Position numbers and translations under genes: made by a program. A DNA stretch of 63,969 nucleotides, the filler included, from Vicugna vicugna (Eukaryota): NCBI GenBank assembly GCA_013265495.1. It is 79 parts of 77 records of this genome, joined end to end, with 100 filler letters (N's around TTAATTAATTAA, not from the genome) between each part and the next. Parts side by side here need not be neighbours in the genome. Positions count along the whole stretch, not along the records: positions 38,143 to 38,646 come from PNXW01018789.1; positions 38,747 to 39,255 come from MU061390.1; positions 39,356 to 40,532 come from MU061396.1; positions 40,633 to 41,255 come from MU061398.1; positions 41,356 to 42,181 come from MU061400.1; positions 42,282 to 43,005 come from MU061403.1; positions 43,106 to 43,944 come from PNXW01018836.1; positions 44,045 to 44,455 come from PNXW01018837.1; 71 more parts are not named here. One strand, given 5' to 3'. Under the pieces are notes generated by a model, which saw only the letters and a list, made by a program, of their open reading frames with translations, did not search any database and had not been told where the DNA came from. Shown here piece after piece: positions 38,043 to 51,104 of this stretch. Positions within the stretch are counted from its first letter, which is position 1, and each line of letters opens with the position of its first letter.

Positions 38043-38746
38043 NNNNNNNNNNNNNNNNNNNNNNNNNNNNNNNNNNNNNNNNNNNNTTAATTAATTAANN
38101 NNNNNNNNNNNNNNNNNNNNNNNNNNNNNNNNNNNNNNNNNNCAGGAAGCGCCGTCACGCATGTCACACAGCGACAGCCAAGAACGGAGTACTGAGAACG
38201 TTTGTGTAAAAGCAGGAATCGAGCAAGATGCTGCAGAATTTGACTTTACAAGGTTAAATACTCCATGAAAAGTATCCCTCAGCAGCAGCCCAAATCAATT
38301 CGCATCTTACTTTTTCAAAACAATCAAACAAATTTAATAAAGGCACATTTGTCACCAAATATTAGAAGGACCAAACAGGTTCCTCAAAGCAAGATTTTAA
38401 CAGGTATCAAACACCAGTGGGTGATGTGGTAACAAAGCAAATATTTCAAAAAATTAGAAATAAAAATGATGACTAGGATAATACAGGGATCAAGGCAGCT
38501 GTTAATTTTTTGGTTTTTAAAGCGATGGAGACAGCACGGAGGGCGATCTGGCTATTTAAAATTCAGGGTGTGCACAGCCCACATTTTCAGACCCAACAAG
38601 GTGCTAACGTGGCAGTACAAGAGAAAAAGGAATAAAGAAAAAGGAANNNNNNNNNNNNNNNNNNNNNNNNNNNNNNNNNNNNNNNNNNNNTTAATTAATT
38701 AANNNNNNNNNNNNNNNNNNNNNNNNNNNNNNNNNNNNNNNNNNNN

Positions 38747-39255
38747 TCTAACGGAATGCCTAAGCTCTCTCCTCTGGGGGATTTCCTATTGACTCTGTGC
38801 CAGGGATTGCTAGGGGCGTTTGCAAGACATCCCAGTGTCAGTGTCTGCATCCCCAATGTAAGGGAAGTTATTTTTCGGACTTCCCCGAAAAGGGAACACC
38901 TGTGACTGAAGAGAGCTGCGTGGAGTTTTCTCTCGAGCTCCCCCACGCACTGACAATGGTTCCGGAATCCTGAGCGTGGGGAGGTTCCACCNNNNNNNNN
39001 NNNNNNNNNNNNNNNNNNNNNNNNNNNNNNNNNNNNNNNNNNNNNNNNNNNNNNNNNNNNNNNNNNNNNNNNNNNNNNNNNNNNNNNNNNNNNNNNNNNN
39101 NNNNNNNNNNNNNNNNNNNNNNNNNNNNNNNNNNNNCGGACTTCCCCGAACAGGGAACACCTGTGACTGAAGAGAGCTGCGTGGAGTTGTCTCTCGAGCT
39201 CCCCCACGTGCTGACAATGGTTCCGGAATCTTGAGCGTGGGGAGGCTCCACCAAC
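38747..39255 (+). repeat. Satellite D
   Basis: agggaacacctgtgactgaagagagctgcgtggag repeated. Confidence 0.93.
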
Positions 39256-39355
39256 NNNNNNNNNNNNNNNNNNNNNNNNNNNNNNNNNNNNNNNNNNNNT
39301 TAATTAATTAANNNNNNNNNNNNNNNNNNNNNNNNNNNNNNNNNNNNNNNNNNNN

Positions 39356-40532
39356 CCTTTTAGTTGGAGGAGCCTCCCCACACTCAGGAAACCAGAACAC
39401 ATCTTCAAATGTGTGCTGGAGGTGTGGAAACAGAATCCACGCATTTTACATGGGGCACAGTTATGCCTCGGTTGGAGGATGTAGATTAAACACCTCCACA
39501 TCCCATGGATATTCACTGGCTAATACTTCGTTTTAGAGCCCAACATCCAATTACCACCGCACTCCTGGCAGGACAAGCCATCAGGGAAGACAATCTAAGT
39601 AATTGTATAGAACCCGGGTGCTGTTGCCACTTGGAGGAACTTCCCAACTCTCAGGACTCCGGAGAAACTCTTGTGTGTGGGGGAGTTGTGCAGCCCCAAT
39701 CCACGCAGATGAATGGTGACACAGGTGTTCCGCGGTAGGGGAGTTCCCTAAGAACATCCTCAGTCAATTGTTTGGCACAAGCTGCTACTTGGCCTCCAAG
39801 CCCAACCCCCAGCTTTTGCTCACAGCCCGGCCTAGGGAAACACTCAGGGAATACAAGCTGAGATATTCCATTGGAACGCAGGCGCTNNNNNNNNNNNNNN
39901 NNNNNNNNNNNNNNNNNNNNNNNNNNNNNNNNNNNNNNNNNNNNNNNNNNNNNNNNNNNNNNNNNNNNNNNNNNNNNNNNNNNNNNNNNNNNNNNNNNNN
40001 NNNNNNNNNNNNNNNNNNNNNNNNNNNNNNNNNNNNNNNNNNNNNNNNNNNNNNNNNNNNNNNNNNNNNNNNNNNNNNNNNNNNNNNNNNNNNNNNNNNN
40101 NNNNNNNNNNNNNNNNNNNNNNNNNNNNNNNNNNNNNNNNNNNNNNNNNNNNNNNNNNNNNNNNNNNNNNNNNNNNNNNNNNNNNNNNNNNNNNNNNNNN
40201 NNNNNNNNNNNNNNNNNNNNNNNNNNNNNNNNNNNNNNNNNNNNNNNNNNNNNNNNNNNNNNNNNNNNNNNNNNNNNNNNNNNNNNNNNNNNNNNNNNNN
40301 NNNNNNNNNNNNNNNNNNNNNNNNNNNNNNNNNNNNNNNNNNNNNNNNNNNNNNNATCGCTCCCAGCCCGTCCTTGGAAAACACACATGGATGTCATCCT
40401 AAGGGATCCTATTAGATCCCAGATGCTGCTGTCTGTTGGAGTTGCCTCCCCACACTCAGGATTCCAGAAGAGTTCTTCATGTGTGTTGTGGAGGTGGGGA
40501 AACAGAGTCCACGCATTTTTCAAGGAGCAGAG
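39356..40532 (-). repeat. Satellite C
   Basis: Reverse-complement C monomers. Confidence 0.9.
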
Positions 40533-40632
40533 NNNNNNNNNNNNNNNNNNNNNNNNNNNNNNNNNNNNNNNNNNNNTTAATTAATTAANNNNNNNNNNNN
40601 NNNNNNNNNNNNNNNNNNNNNNNNNNNNNNNN

Positions 40633-41255
40633 CAGTGACAGAAGCTGCCTCCCCAAGGTCAGGGAAGGTTTTTCTCAAAATTCCTCCAACAGGGAACATC
40701 TGTGACTGAAGAGAGCTGCGTGGATTTGTCTCTCGAGCTCCACCACGCACTGACAATTGTTCCGGAATCCTGAGCGTGGGGAGTTTCCACCAAAGATCCG
40801 CAGCGCGTAGGTTCTGACGGAATGCCAAAGCTCGTCTCCCCTGAGGGTTTTCCTAATGTCCCTCTGCCAGGAAATGCTAGGGGGGTTTGCAGGATATCCC
40901 AGTGACAGAGGCTGCCTCCCCAAGGTCAGGGAAGGTATTTCTCGGACTTCCCCGAACAGGGAACACCTGTGACTGAAGAGAGCTNNNNNNNNNNNNNNNN
41001 NNNNNNNNNNNNNNNNNNNNNNNNNNNNNNNNNNNNNNNNNNNNNNNNNNNNNNNNNNNNNNNNNNNNNNNNNGTTCTAACGGAACGCCTCAGCTCGTCT
41101 CCCCTGAGGGTTTTCCTAATGTCTCTGTGCCAGGGAATGCTAGGGGGGTTTGCAGGATATCCCAGTGACAGAGGCTGCCTCCCCAAGGTCAGGGAAGTTT
41201 TTTCTCAAAATTCCTCGATCAGGGAACACCTGTGACTGAAGAGAGCTTCGTGGAG
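40633..41255 (+). repeat. Satellite D, 267-bp monomer
   Basis: cagtgacaga(a/g)gctgcctccccaaggtcagggaag at 40633 and 40900 (267 bp). Confidence 0.95.
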
Positions 41256-41355
41256 NNNNNNNNNNNNNNNNNNNNNNNNNNNNNNNNNNNNNNNNNNNNT
41301 TAATTAATTAANNNNNNNNNNNNNNNNNNNNNNNNNNNNNNNNNNNNNNNNNNNN

Positions 41356-43005
41356 GCATGTGGATTATTCAACTTTCATCCACCATACAAGGCATATATA
41401 AGCTTAGAAAGATTTACTTTGACTTCATAGGTTTTTTTTATCACCAGGTTCTAAAATCGGACATTTGACACCAGAAAANNNNNNNNNNNNNNNNNNNNNN
41501 NNNNNNNNNNNNNNNNNNNNNNNNNNNNNNNNNNNNNNNNNNNNNNNNNNNNNNNNNNNNNNNNNNNNNNNNNNNNNNNNNNNNNNNNNNNNNNNNNNNN
41601 NNNNNNNNNNNNNNNNNNNNNNNNNNNNNNNNNNNNNNNNNNNNNNNNNNNNNNNNNNNNNNNNNNNNNNNNNNNNNNNNNNNNNNNNNNNNNNNNNNNN
41701 NNNNNNNNNNNNNNNNNNNNNNNNNNNNNNNNNNNNNNNNNNNNNNNNNNNNNNNNNNNNNNNNNNNNNNNNNNNNNNNNNNNNNNNNNNNNNNNNNNNN
41801 NNNNNNNNNNNNNNCATACATGACTGATTTGACAAACATGCATTCCTGAGTTGAGAGCATGTGGATAAGTAATCTTTTATCCTCTATTAAAGAATATTTT
41901 CATCTAGACACGTGTACACATTTTCACAAGCTTTCCCTAACACCAAGTTCGAATTCGTGCATTTTTCACAGAAAGATTGTTCTCGAGCGATTTCCAAATA
42001 ACAGTTGTGTAATTTACATGAATTCCAACAACATGGCATTCCGGGTTCCGTACATGCTACATGTATGATGGTTTCGGCAATCATATGTTTCTGGCTTCTT
42101 AGCATGTGGATTACTGTCCTTTCATTCCCCAAAAATTGCTTATATAAACTTAGATATATTCACTCTGACTTCATAGATTTGNNNNNNNNNNNNNNNNNNN
42201 NNNNNNNNNNNNNNNNNNNNNNNNNTTAATTAATTAANNNNNNNNNNNNNNNNNNNNNNNNNNNNNNNNNNNNNNNNNNNNCGGAACCCGGAATGCCATG
42301 TTGTTGGAATTCATGTAAATTAAATTACTGTTAGGTTGAAATCGCTCCAGAAATGTTTTTCTGTGAAAAAAGCACGAATTCGAAACTGGTTTTAGGGACA
42401 GCTTGTGAAAATGTATACACGAGTCTAGATGATAAGATTCCTTTTATAGAGGATGAAAGATTAGTAATCCACATGCTCTCAACTCAGGAATGCATGTTTG
42501 TCAAATCCGTCATGTATGTAGCTTGTAATGAACACGGAATATCATTTAGATGGAATCTATTCAAATTACATATCTCTAGGGTAGAATTCGCTCCAAGAGG
42601 GTTTTTCTGGGATCAAACTGTGATTCTTGAAACGTGATAGGAAGAAGCTACGAAGTCAAAGTAAATATTTCANNNNNNNNNNNNNNNNNNNNNNNNNNNN
42701 NNNNNNNNNNNNNNNNNNNNNNNNNNNNNNNNNNNNNNNNNNNNNNNNNNNNNNNNNNNNNNNNNNNNNNNNNNNNNNNNNNNNNNNNNNNNNNNNNNNN
42801 NNNNNNNNNNNNNNNNNNNNNNNNNNNNNNNNNNNNNNNNNNNNNNNNNNNNNNNNNNNNNNNNNNNNNNNNNNNNNNNNNNNNNNNNNNNNNNNNNNNN
42901 NNNNNNNNNNNNNNNNNNNNNNNNNNNNNNGTCTATATACGATCGGAGGATGAAAGATATTAATCCACATGCTCACAAGTCAGAAAGGCATGATTGCCAA
43001 ATCCG
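41356..43005. repeat. Satellite B (41356-42181 plus; 42282-43005 minus)
   Basis: agcatgtggat motifs about 246 bp apart; same monomer types as 9146-10952. Confidence 0.92.
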
Positions 43006-43105
43006 NNNNNNNNNNNNNNNNNNNNNNNNNNNNNNNNNNNNNNNNNNNNTTAATTAATTAANNNNNNNNNNNNNNNNNNNNNNNNNNNNNNNNNNNNNNN
43101 NNNNN

Positions 43106-43944
43106 ATATATATGTATGGAATGGAATTTGCAAGAAACAAGAAAATTTGTATTCCCTTCAAGATAGTTGAAGGAAGGCTTTCACACACATTTATCTCTCA
43201 GAACTGAGCATGTGGAGAGACGTTCGTTCATCCAGCACAAATGGAACGGGTTGCAAGAGAAATACTTACTCTGGCTTCTCAGTCTGTTTCCTAGTGCCGG
43301 TTGGAAGTTCCTGCGGTTTGCACTGTAAAACCGATTTGGATCTTGTACCTCCCCATATATATGTATGGGGTGGATTTTGAAAAAAAAAGGTGGATTTTTG
43401 AAAAGAAACTTTGTGTTCTCTTCAAGCTAGGTGATGGACGGCTTTCACACATACTTATTTCTCAGAAGTGAGCATGTGGGGAGACTTTCGTTCATCCAGC
43501 ACAAAGGGAACGGGTTGCAAGAGAATCAATTACTCTGGTTTCTCAGACTGATTCCTAGTGCCTGTTTGAAGTTCCTGCGGTTTGCACTGTAAAACCGATT
43601 TGGAGCTTGTACCTTCCCATATATATGTATGGGGTGGATTTTGTAATTGAAAAGAAACTTTGTGTTCCCTTCAAGTTAGGAGAAGGACAGCTTTAACACC
43701 CACGTATCCCTCAGAACTGAGCATGTGTAGAGACGTTCGTTCATCCAGCACAAAGGGAACGGGTTGCAAGAGAATCAATTACTCTGGTTTCTCAGACTGA
43801 TTCCTAGTGCCTGTTTGAAGTTCCTGCGGTTTGCACTGTAAAACCGATTTGGAGCTTGTACCTTCCCATATATATGTATGGTGTGGAGTTTGCAAATATA
43901 AAGAAACTATGAGTTCCCTTCAAGCTAGGTGAAGGACGGCTTTC
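43106..43944 (+). repeat. Satellite A
   Basis: gaa(c/g)tgagcatgtg at 43465 and 43714 (249 bp). Confidence 0.95.
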
Positions 43945-44555
43945 NNNNNNNNNNNNNNNNNNNNNNNNNNNNNNNNNNNNNNNNNNNNTTAATTAATTAA
44001 NNNNNNNNNNNNNNNNNNNNNNNNNNNNNNNNNNNNNNNNNNNNTTCGTGGGGCCTGGAACATCAACTAACCTCCCCTTAGGGGCCCGTCTGTCCTTTCC
44101 TGCCAACAGACCTATGTCATAAGCACTTTAACTCACCTGAGGGTGTTTTCCTCACTTCAGGGGCAGTGAGGACTGGGTTTCTTCACACTCCAAGTGCCCC
44201 CGGTCTGGATGCAGACAGTCTGGCTCTCCCCCAAGTCCTGCAGAACACCTGCTGCTGGTCACTGAGTCTGTGCTGTGTTCTCTTCCAGGACAAGAGGTGC
44301 ACTCTGCCCTCTGCCCCGCCCCCACCAGCGGTAGCAGAGGTGGCGGACACCCAGGTGAGCTGAGACCTGAGACCGTGCCCGCAAATCAGTGCCCCAGAGG
44401 CCGCTGGTGTCTAGAGGGACCATGGGGCAGAAGCCAGCATGCGAAGGGAGGAGGANNNNNNNNNNNNNNNNNNNNNNNNNNNNNNNNNNNNNNNNNNNNT
44501 TAATTAATTAANNNNNNNNNNNNNNNNNNNNNNNNNNNNNNNNNNNNNNNNNNNN

Positions 44556-45177
44556 TGGAGGTTATTAACCAAAACCCCACAACATGGGAATACCTGTTCT
44601 GCTTGAAAAAAGCGTGGACTCTGTATCCCCAGCACCAGAAAACACATGAAGGAGTTTTCTGCTATCCTGAGTGTGGGCTGGCAATTTCAGGTGACAGAAG
44701 CTGCTGGGTTCTAATACAGTCCCTTAGGTTGTAATCCCTGAGTGTTTCTCTAGGACTGACTCTGAGAGAAACCTGGGGGTTGTCTTTGAGGCCAAATAGT
44801 AGCGAGTGTCCCCGATGGACTTGAGGAAGTATTTAGATGAATNNNNNNNNNNNNNNNNNNNNNNNNNNNNNNNNNNNNNNNNNNNNNNNNNNNNNNNNNN
44901 NNNNNNNNNNNNNNNNNNNNNNNNNNNNNNNNNNNNNNNNNNNNNNNNNNNNNNNNNNNNNNNNNNNNNNNNNNNNNNNNNNNNNNNNNNNNNNNNNNNN
45001 NNNNNNNNNNNNNNNNNNNNNNNNNNNNNNNNNNNNNNNNNNNNNNNNNNNNNNNAAACTAAGTAGTGTGCCTCTCCAAGGGTAGTGTAGATGATTAAAC
45101 TACATCCCACAGCTTGGGAATAACTCTGACCTCTGAAAAATGCGTGTGCTGTTTCCCCACGTCCAGCACACACAGGA
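44556..45177 (+). repeat. Satellite C
   Basis: 44706-44842 closely matches 8100-8237. Confidence 0.9.
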
Positions 45178-45277
45178 NNNNNNNNNNNNNNNNNNNNNNN
45201 NNNNNNNNNNNNNNNNNNNNNTTAATTAATTAANNNNNNNNNNNNNNNNNNNNNNNNNNNNNNNNNNNNNNNNNNNN

Positions 45278-46327
45278 GAGTGTGCAGGACCAGGAGATGG
45301 CAGACCGAGGAGTATGCAGGCACAGGAGAGGATTGGCCCAGGAGTGTGCAGGCCCAGAGAGGGCAGGCCCAGGAGTGTGCCGGCCCACGAGTGTGCAGGC
45401 ACAGGTGTTTGCAGACACCGGAGTGTGCAGGCCCAGGATTGTTCAGGCCCAGGAGTGTGCAGGCCCAGGAGTGTGGAGGCACAGGAGAGAGCAGGCCCAG
45501 GNNNNNNNNNNNNNNNNNNNNNNNNNNNNNNNNNNNNNNNNNNNNNNNNNNNNNNNNNNNNNNNNNNNNNNNNNNNNNNNNNNNNNNNNNNNNNNNNNNN
45601 NNNNNNNNNNNNNNNNNNNNNNNNNNNNNNNNNNNNNNNNNNNNNNNNNNNNNNNNNNNNNNNNNNNNNNNNNNNNNNNNNNNNNNNNNNNNNNNNNNNN
45701 NNNNNNNNNNNNNNNNNNNNNNNNNNNNNNNNNNNNNNNNNNNNNNNNNNNNNNNNNNNNNNNNNNNNNNNNNNNNNNNNNNNNNNNNNNNNNNNNNNNN
45801 NNNNNNNNNNNNNNNNNNNNNNNNNNNNNNNNNNNNNNNNNNNNNNNNNNNNNNNNNNNNNNNNNNNNNNNNNNNNNNNNNNNNNNNNNNNNNNNNNNNN
45901 NNNNNNNNNNNNNNNNNNNNNNNNNNNNNNNNNNNNNNNNNNNNNNNNNNNNNNNNNNNNNNNNNNNNNNNNNNNNNNNNNNNNNNNNNNNNNNNNNNNN
46001 NNNNNNNNNNNNNNNNNNNNNNNNNNNNNNNNNNNNNNNNNNNNNNNNNNNNNNNNNNNNNNNNNNNNNNNNNNNNNNNNNNNNNNNNNNNNNNNNNNNN
46101 NNNNNNNNNNNNNNNNNNNNNNNNNNNNNNNNNNNNNNNNNNNNNNNNGCAGGCCCAGGAGTGTGCTGGCACGGGATGGAGCAGGCCAAGGTGTGTGCAG
46201 GCACAGGAGGTAGCAGGCCCAAGAGTTTTCAGGCCCAGGAGTGTGCTGGCCCAGGAGTGTGCAGGCAACAGGATGGAGCATGCCCAGTAGTGTGCAGGCC
46301 CATGGGTGTGCAGGCCCAGAAGTGTGC
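45278..46327. repeat. GC-rich 16-bp minisatellite (gtgtgcaggcccagga)n
   Basis: Direct periodicity on both sides of a gap. Confidence 0.93.
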
Positions 46328-46427
46328 NNNNNNNNNNNNNNNNNNNNNNNNNNNNNNNNNNNNNNNNNNNNTTAATTAATTAANNNNNNNNNNNNNNNNN
46401 NNNNNNNNNNNNNNNNNNNNNNNNNNN

Positions 46428-47220
46428 TCGCTGCTAATTGGCCTCCAAGCCCAACCCCCAGCTTTCCCTCAATGCCCGGCCTAATGAAACACTCACGGAA
46501 CACAAGCTAAGGGAGTCTAATAGAACCTAGGTTCTGCTGTGATTTGGAGTAGCCTCCCCATGCTCAGGATTCCAGAAAACTTCTTCGTGTGTGTGCTGNN
46601 NNNNNNNNNNNNNNNNNNNNNNNNNNNNNNNNNNNNNNNNNNNNNNNNNNNNNNNNNNNNNNNNNNNNNNNNNNNNNNNNNNNNNNNNNNNNNNNNNNNN
46701 NNNNNNNNNNNNNNNNNNNNNNNNNNNNNNNNNNNNNNNNNNNNNNNNNNNNNNNNNNNNNNNNNNNNNNNNNNNNNNNNNNNNNNNNNNNNNNNNNNNN
46801 NNNNNNNNNNNNNNNNNNNNNNNNNNNNNNNNNNNNNNNNNNNNNNNNNNNNNNNNNNNNNNNNNNNNNNNNNNNNNNNNNNNNNNNNNNNNNNNNNNNN
46901 NNNNNNNNNNNNNNNNNNNNNNNNNNNNNNNNNNNNNNNNNNNNNNNNNNNNNNNNNNNNNNNNNNNNNNNNNNNNNNNNNNNNNNNNNNNNNNNNNNNN
47001 NNNNNNNNNNNNNNNNNNNNNNNNNNNNNNNNNNCTATCGGATATTATTAGAACCCAGGCGGTGCTGTCGCTTGAAATTGCCGGCCCAAACTCAGCATAC
47101 CTGAACACGTCTTCGTGTGTGTGTTGGAAGTGGGAAACTGAGTTCATGCATCGTTATGGGGGCACAGTTATTCCTTGGTAGATAATGTAGTTTAAACACC
47201 TTCACTTCTCATAGAGAGGC
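46428..47220 (-). repeat. Satellite C
   Basis: Reverse-complement C motifs (caagctaagggagtctaatagaacc). Confidence 0.88.
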
Positions 47221-47320
47221 NNNNNNNNNNNNNNNNNNNNNNNNNNNNNNNNNNNNNNNNNNNNTTAATTAATTAANNNNNNNNNNNNNNNNNNNNNNNN
47301 NNNNNNNNNNNNNNNNNNNN

Positions 47321-48702
47321 TCCATCAACATGGCATTCCGGGTTCCGTACATGCTACATGCAAGAGAGATACGAAAACATGAGTCTCTGAGTTGTGAGTA
47401 TGAGGATTATTGAACTTTCATCCACCATACAAGGCATATATACACTTAGAATTATTTACTCTGAATTCATAGGTTTTTTCTATCACAGGGTCTAAAATCT
47501 GACATTTGACACCAGAAAAATCTCTTTNNNNNNNNNNNNNNNNNNNNNNNNNNNNNNNNNNNNNNNNNNNNNNNNNNNNNNNNNNNNNNNNNNNNNNNNN
47601 NNNNNNNNNNNNNNNNNNNNNNNNNNNNNNNNNNNNNNNNNNNNNNNNNNNNNNNNNNNNNNNNNNNNNNNNNNNNNNNNNNNNNNNNNNNNNNNNNNNN
47701 NNNNNNNNNNNNNNNNNNNNNNNNNNNNNNNNNNNNNNNNNNNNNNNNNNNNNNNNNNNNNNNNNNNNNNNNNNNNNNNNNNNNNNNNNNNNNNNNNNNN
47801 NNNNNNNNNNNAGATTCCATCTACAAGGTATTCCGTGTTTTGTGCATGCTACATATATGACGGATTCGACAAACATACATTCCTGAGTTGAGGTCATCTG
47901 GATTACCAATCTTTCATCCTCTATAAAAGGAATATTTTCAACTAGACTCGTGTACACTTTTTCACAAGCTTTACCTAAAACCAGTTTCAAATTCGTGCTT
48001 TTTTCACAGAAAAATACTTCTCGAGCGATTTCAAACTAACAGATATGTAATTTACATGAATTCCAACAACATGGCATTCCGGGTTCCGTACATGCTACAT
48101 GTATGACGGATTTGGCAATCATGCGTTTCTGACTTGTGAGCATGTGGAATACTGANNNNNNNNNNNNNNNNNNNNNNNNNNNNNNNNNNNNNNNNNNNNN
48201 NNNNNNNNNNNNNNNNNNNNNNNNNNNNNNNNNNNNNNNNNNNNNNNNNNNNNNNNNNNNNNNNNNNNNNNNNNNNNNNNNNNNNNNNNNNNNNNNNNNN
48301 NNNNNNNNNNNNNNNNNNNNNNNNNNNNNNNNNNNNNNNNNNNNNNNNNNNNNNNNNNNNNNNNNNNNNNNNNNNNNNNNNNNNNNNNNNNNNNNNNNNN
48401 NNNNNNNNNNNNNNNNNNNNNNNNNNNNNNNNNNNNNNNNNNNNNNNNNNNNNNNNNNNNNNNNNNNNNNNNNNNNNNNNNNNNNNNNNNNNNNNNNNNN
48501 NNNNNNNNNNNNNNNNNNNNNNNNNNNNNNNNNNNNNNNNNNNNNNNNNNNNNNNNNNNNNNNNNNNNNNNNNNNNNNNNNNNNNNNNNNNNNNNNNNNN
48601 NNNNNNNNNNNNNNNNNNNNNNNNNNNNNNNNNNNGATTTGACAAACATTTATTTTCATTTGAGAGCATGTGGATTACTAATCTTTCATCCTCTATAAAA
48701 GG
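47321..48702 (+). repeat. Satellite B
   Basis: cat(c/g)tgga at 47895 and 48141 (246 bp). Confidence 0.92.
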
Positions 48703-51104
48703 NNNNNNNNNNNNNNNNNNNNNNNNNNNNNNNNNNNNNNNNNNNNTTAATTAATTAANNNNNNNNNNNNNNNNNNNNNNNNNNNNNNNNNNNNNNNNNN
48801 NNAGTTTGAGAAAATCCCGGCTCAGAATTACACAGCACAACCACATCGCATAAGTATATACAGCCTTAAAAAAGTTTAAAAGCAAAACTCCGTAACTACT
48901 CTTAAAGACCTTTGCAAACCTGGGCCTGCCAAGATGTTTCCAAACTGGAAAGGAACTCCAATCACTTGCCTGGTACAGGACCAGAGGCTGGCCAGCCTTT
49001 TCTGTAAAAGCGAGAGAGTAAATATTTTCAGTTTTGCAGATCATTTTGTTGTAACCATGCAGGTAGGCAATAAGAAAGCTAAGAGCACTGGGAGATAGGA
49101 AACAAACGGGCATGCCCACACTCNNNNNNNNNNNNNNNNNNNNNNNNNNNNNNNNNNNNNNNNNNNNNNNNNNNNNNNNNNNNNNNNNNNNNNNNNNNNN
49201 NNNNNNNNNNNNNNNNNNNNNNNNNNNNNNNNNNNNNNNNNNNNNNNNNNNNNNNNNNNNNNNNNNNNNNNNNNNNNNNNNNNNNNNNNNNNNNNNNNNN
49301 NNNNNNNNNNNNNNNNNNNNNNNNNNNNNNNNNNNNNNNNNNNNNNNNNNNNNNNNNNNNTGTTGGGCTTACGGTGATTAGGATGAAGGGACTCAATATA
49401 AAGGACCCTCCACCTCCTCACTAGTTTCCAAACAGAGCCCCTCTAAGTCCACCCTCTGAGTTTCTGGAACTCAGCTGGAATGGAAGNNNNNNNNNNNNNN
49501 NNNNNNNNNNNNNNNNNNNNNNNNNNNNNNNNNNNNNNNNNNNNNNNNNNNNNNNNNNNNNNNNNNNNNNNNNNNNNNNNNNNNNNNNNNNNNNNNNNNN
49601 NNNNNNNNNNNNNNNNNNNNNNNNNNNNNNNNNNNNNNNNNNNNNNNNNNNNNNNNNNNNNNNNNNNNNNNNNNNNNNNNNNNNNNNNNNNNNNNNNNNN
49701 NNNNNNNNNNNNNNNNNNNNNNNNNNNNNNNNNNNNNNNNNNNNNNNNNNNNNNNNNNNNNNNNNNNNNNNNNNNNNNNNNNNNNNNNNNNNNNNNNNNN
49801 NNNNNNNNNNNNNNNNNNNNNNNNNNNNNNNNNNNNNNNNNNNNNNNNNNNNNNNNNNNNNNNNNNNNNNNNNNNNNNNNNNNNNNNNNNNNNNNNNNNN
49901 NNNNNNNNNNNNNNNNNNNNNNNNNNNNNNNNNNNNNNNNNNNNNNNNNNNNNNNNNNNNNNNNNNNNNNNNNNNNNNNNNNNNNNNNNNNNNNNNNNNN
50001 NNNNNNNNNNNNNNNNNNNNNNNNNNNNNNNNNNNNNNNNNNNNNNNNNNNNNNNNNNNNNNNNNNNNNNNNNNNNNNNNNNNNNNNNNNNNNNNNNNNN
50101 NNNNNNNNNNNNNNNNNNNNNNNNNNNNNNNNNNNNNNNNNNNNNNNNNNNNNNNNNNNNNNNNNNNNNNNNNNNNNNNNNNNNNNNNNNNNNNNNNNCA
50201 CACCCCAGGCTTTGCCAGAGCTCTGGGGCTCTGCGTGTCCAGGGCACACAGGTGGGACCTGAGCCAGGTGTCCCCTGGGCCTCAAGGGGGAGAGGTCTGC
50301 TTCTGCATCAGGGGAAGGTGACCCCACAAGGATGGCAGGACACTCTCAATATGGACCTCCAGGAGCCCTGGGAGCAGTTTCCCTACAGGTGTTAAGAGCC
50401 ATCATCTGGAGGTCAGGCCCCTCTTTGTGCAGACCATCCCGCAGTGCTGGGTCCACGTGCTGACCACAGAAATCTACATGCCCCAGGATATCCCAGGCAA
50501 CCTTACAACTTCGTCATTTGGTGACCTGGGTACCACGAGCTCCTTAGCCATCCCATGAGGGTGGTCCATGCAGGCATGGTCTCCAGGTGCTCCCGTTGAG
50601 AAATCCCCCTGGGTTTCTGTGGTCACAGAGCACACACCAGAAGATTCTAGTCCTGNNNNNNNNNNNNNNNNNNNNNNNNNNNNNNNNNNNNNNNNNNNNN
50701 NNNNNNNNNNNNNNNNNNNNNNNNNNNNNNNNNNNNNNNNNNNNNNNNNNNNNNNNNNNNNNNNNNNNNNNNNNNNNNNNNNNNNNNNNNNNNNNNNNNN
50801 NNNNNNNNNNNNNNNNNNNNNNNNNNNNNNNNNNNNNNNNNNNNNNNNNNNNNNNNGACCCTCCAGCTCAAGATTCTCAGATCCTGGGTGTAAATTTTTA
50901 TCTGCCTCCTTTGGTGTACGGCCACCTGTGTCTCGTGGTCANNNNNNNNNNNNNNNNNNNNNNNNNNNNNNNNNNNNNNNNNNNNTTAATTAATTAANNN
51001 NNNNNNNNNNNNNNNNNNNNNNNNNNNNNNNNNNNNNNNNNACTGATGTGCCTCTTTTATGGAGAGCAGTACATAGGCTTCAGTGGTGGCAGTAGAAAGT
51101 CTCA

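Noticed and set aside
43201..43260. CENP-B box in satellite A (ttcgttcatcc...aacggg)
   Set aside because: Spacing does not fit TTCGnnnnAnnCGGG; none seen by eye in B-D either, though a motif scan was not run.
45278..46327. Immunoglobulin switch region or Cys-rich keratin-associated protein
   Set aside because: Lacks AGCT/GGGGT pentamers; the 16-bp unit is not a multiple of 3 and all frames are open simply from composition.
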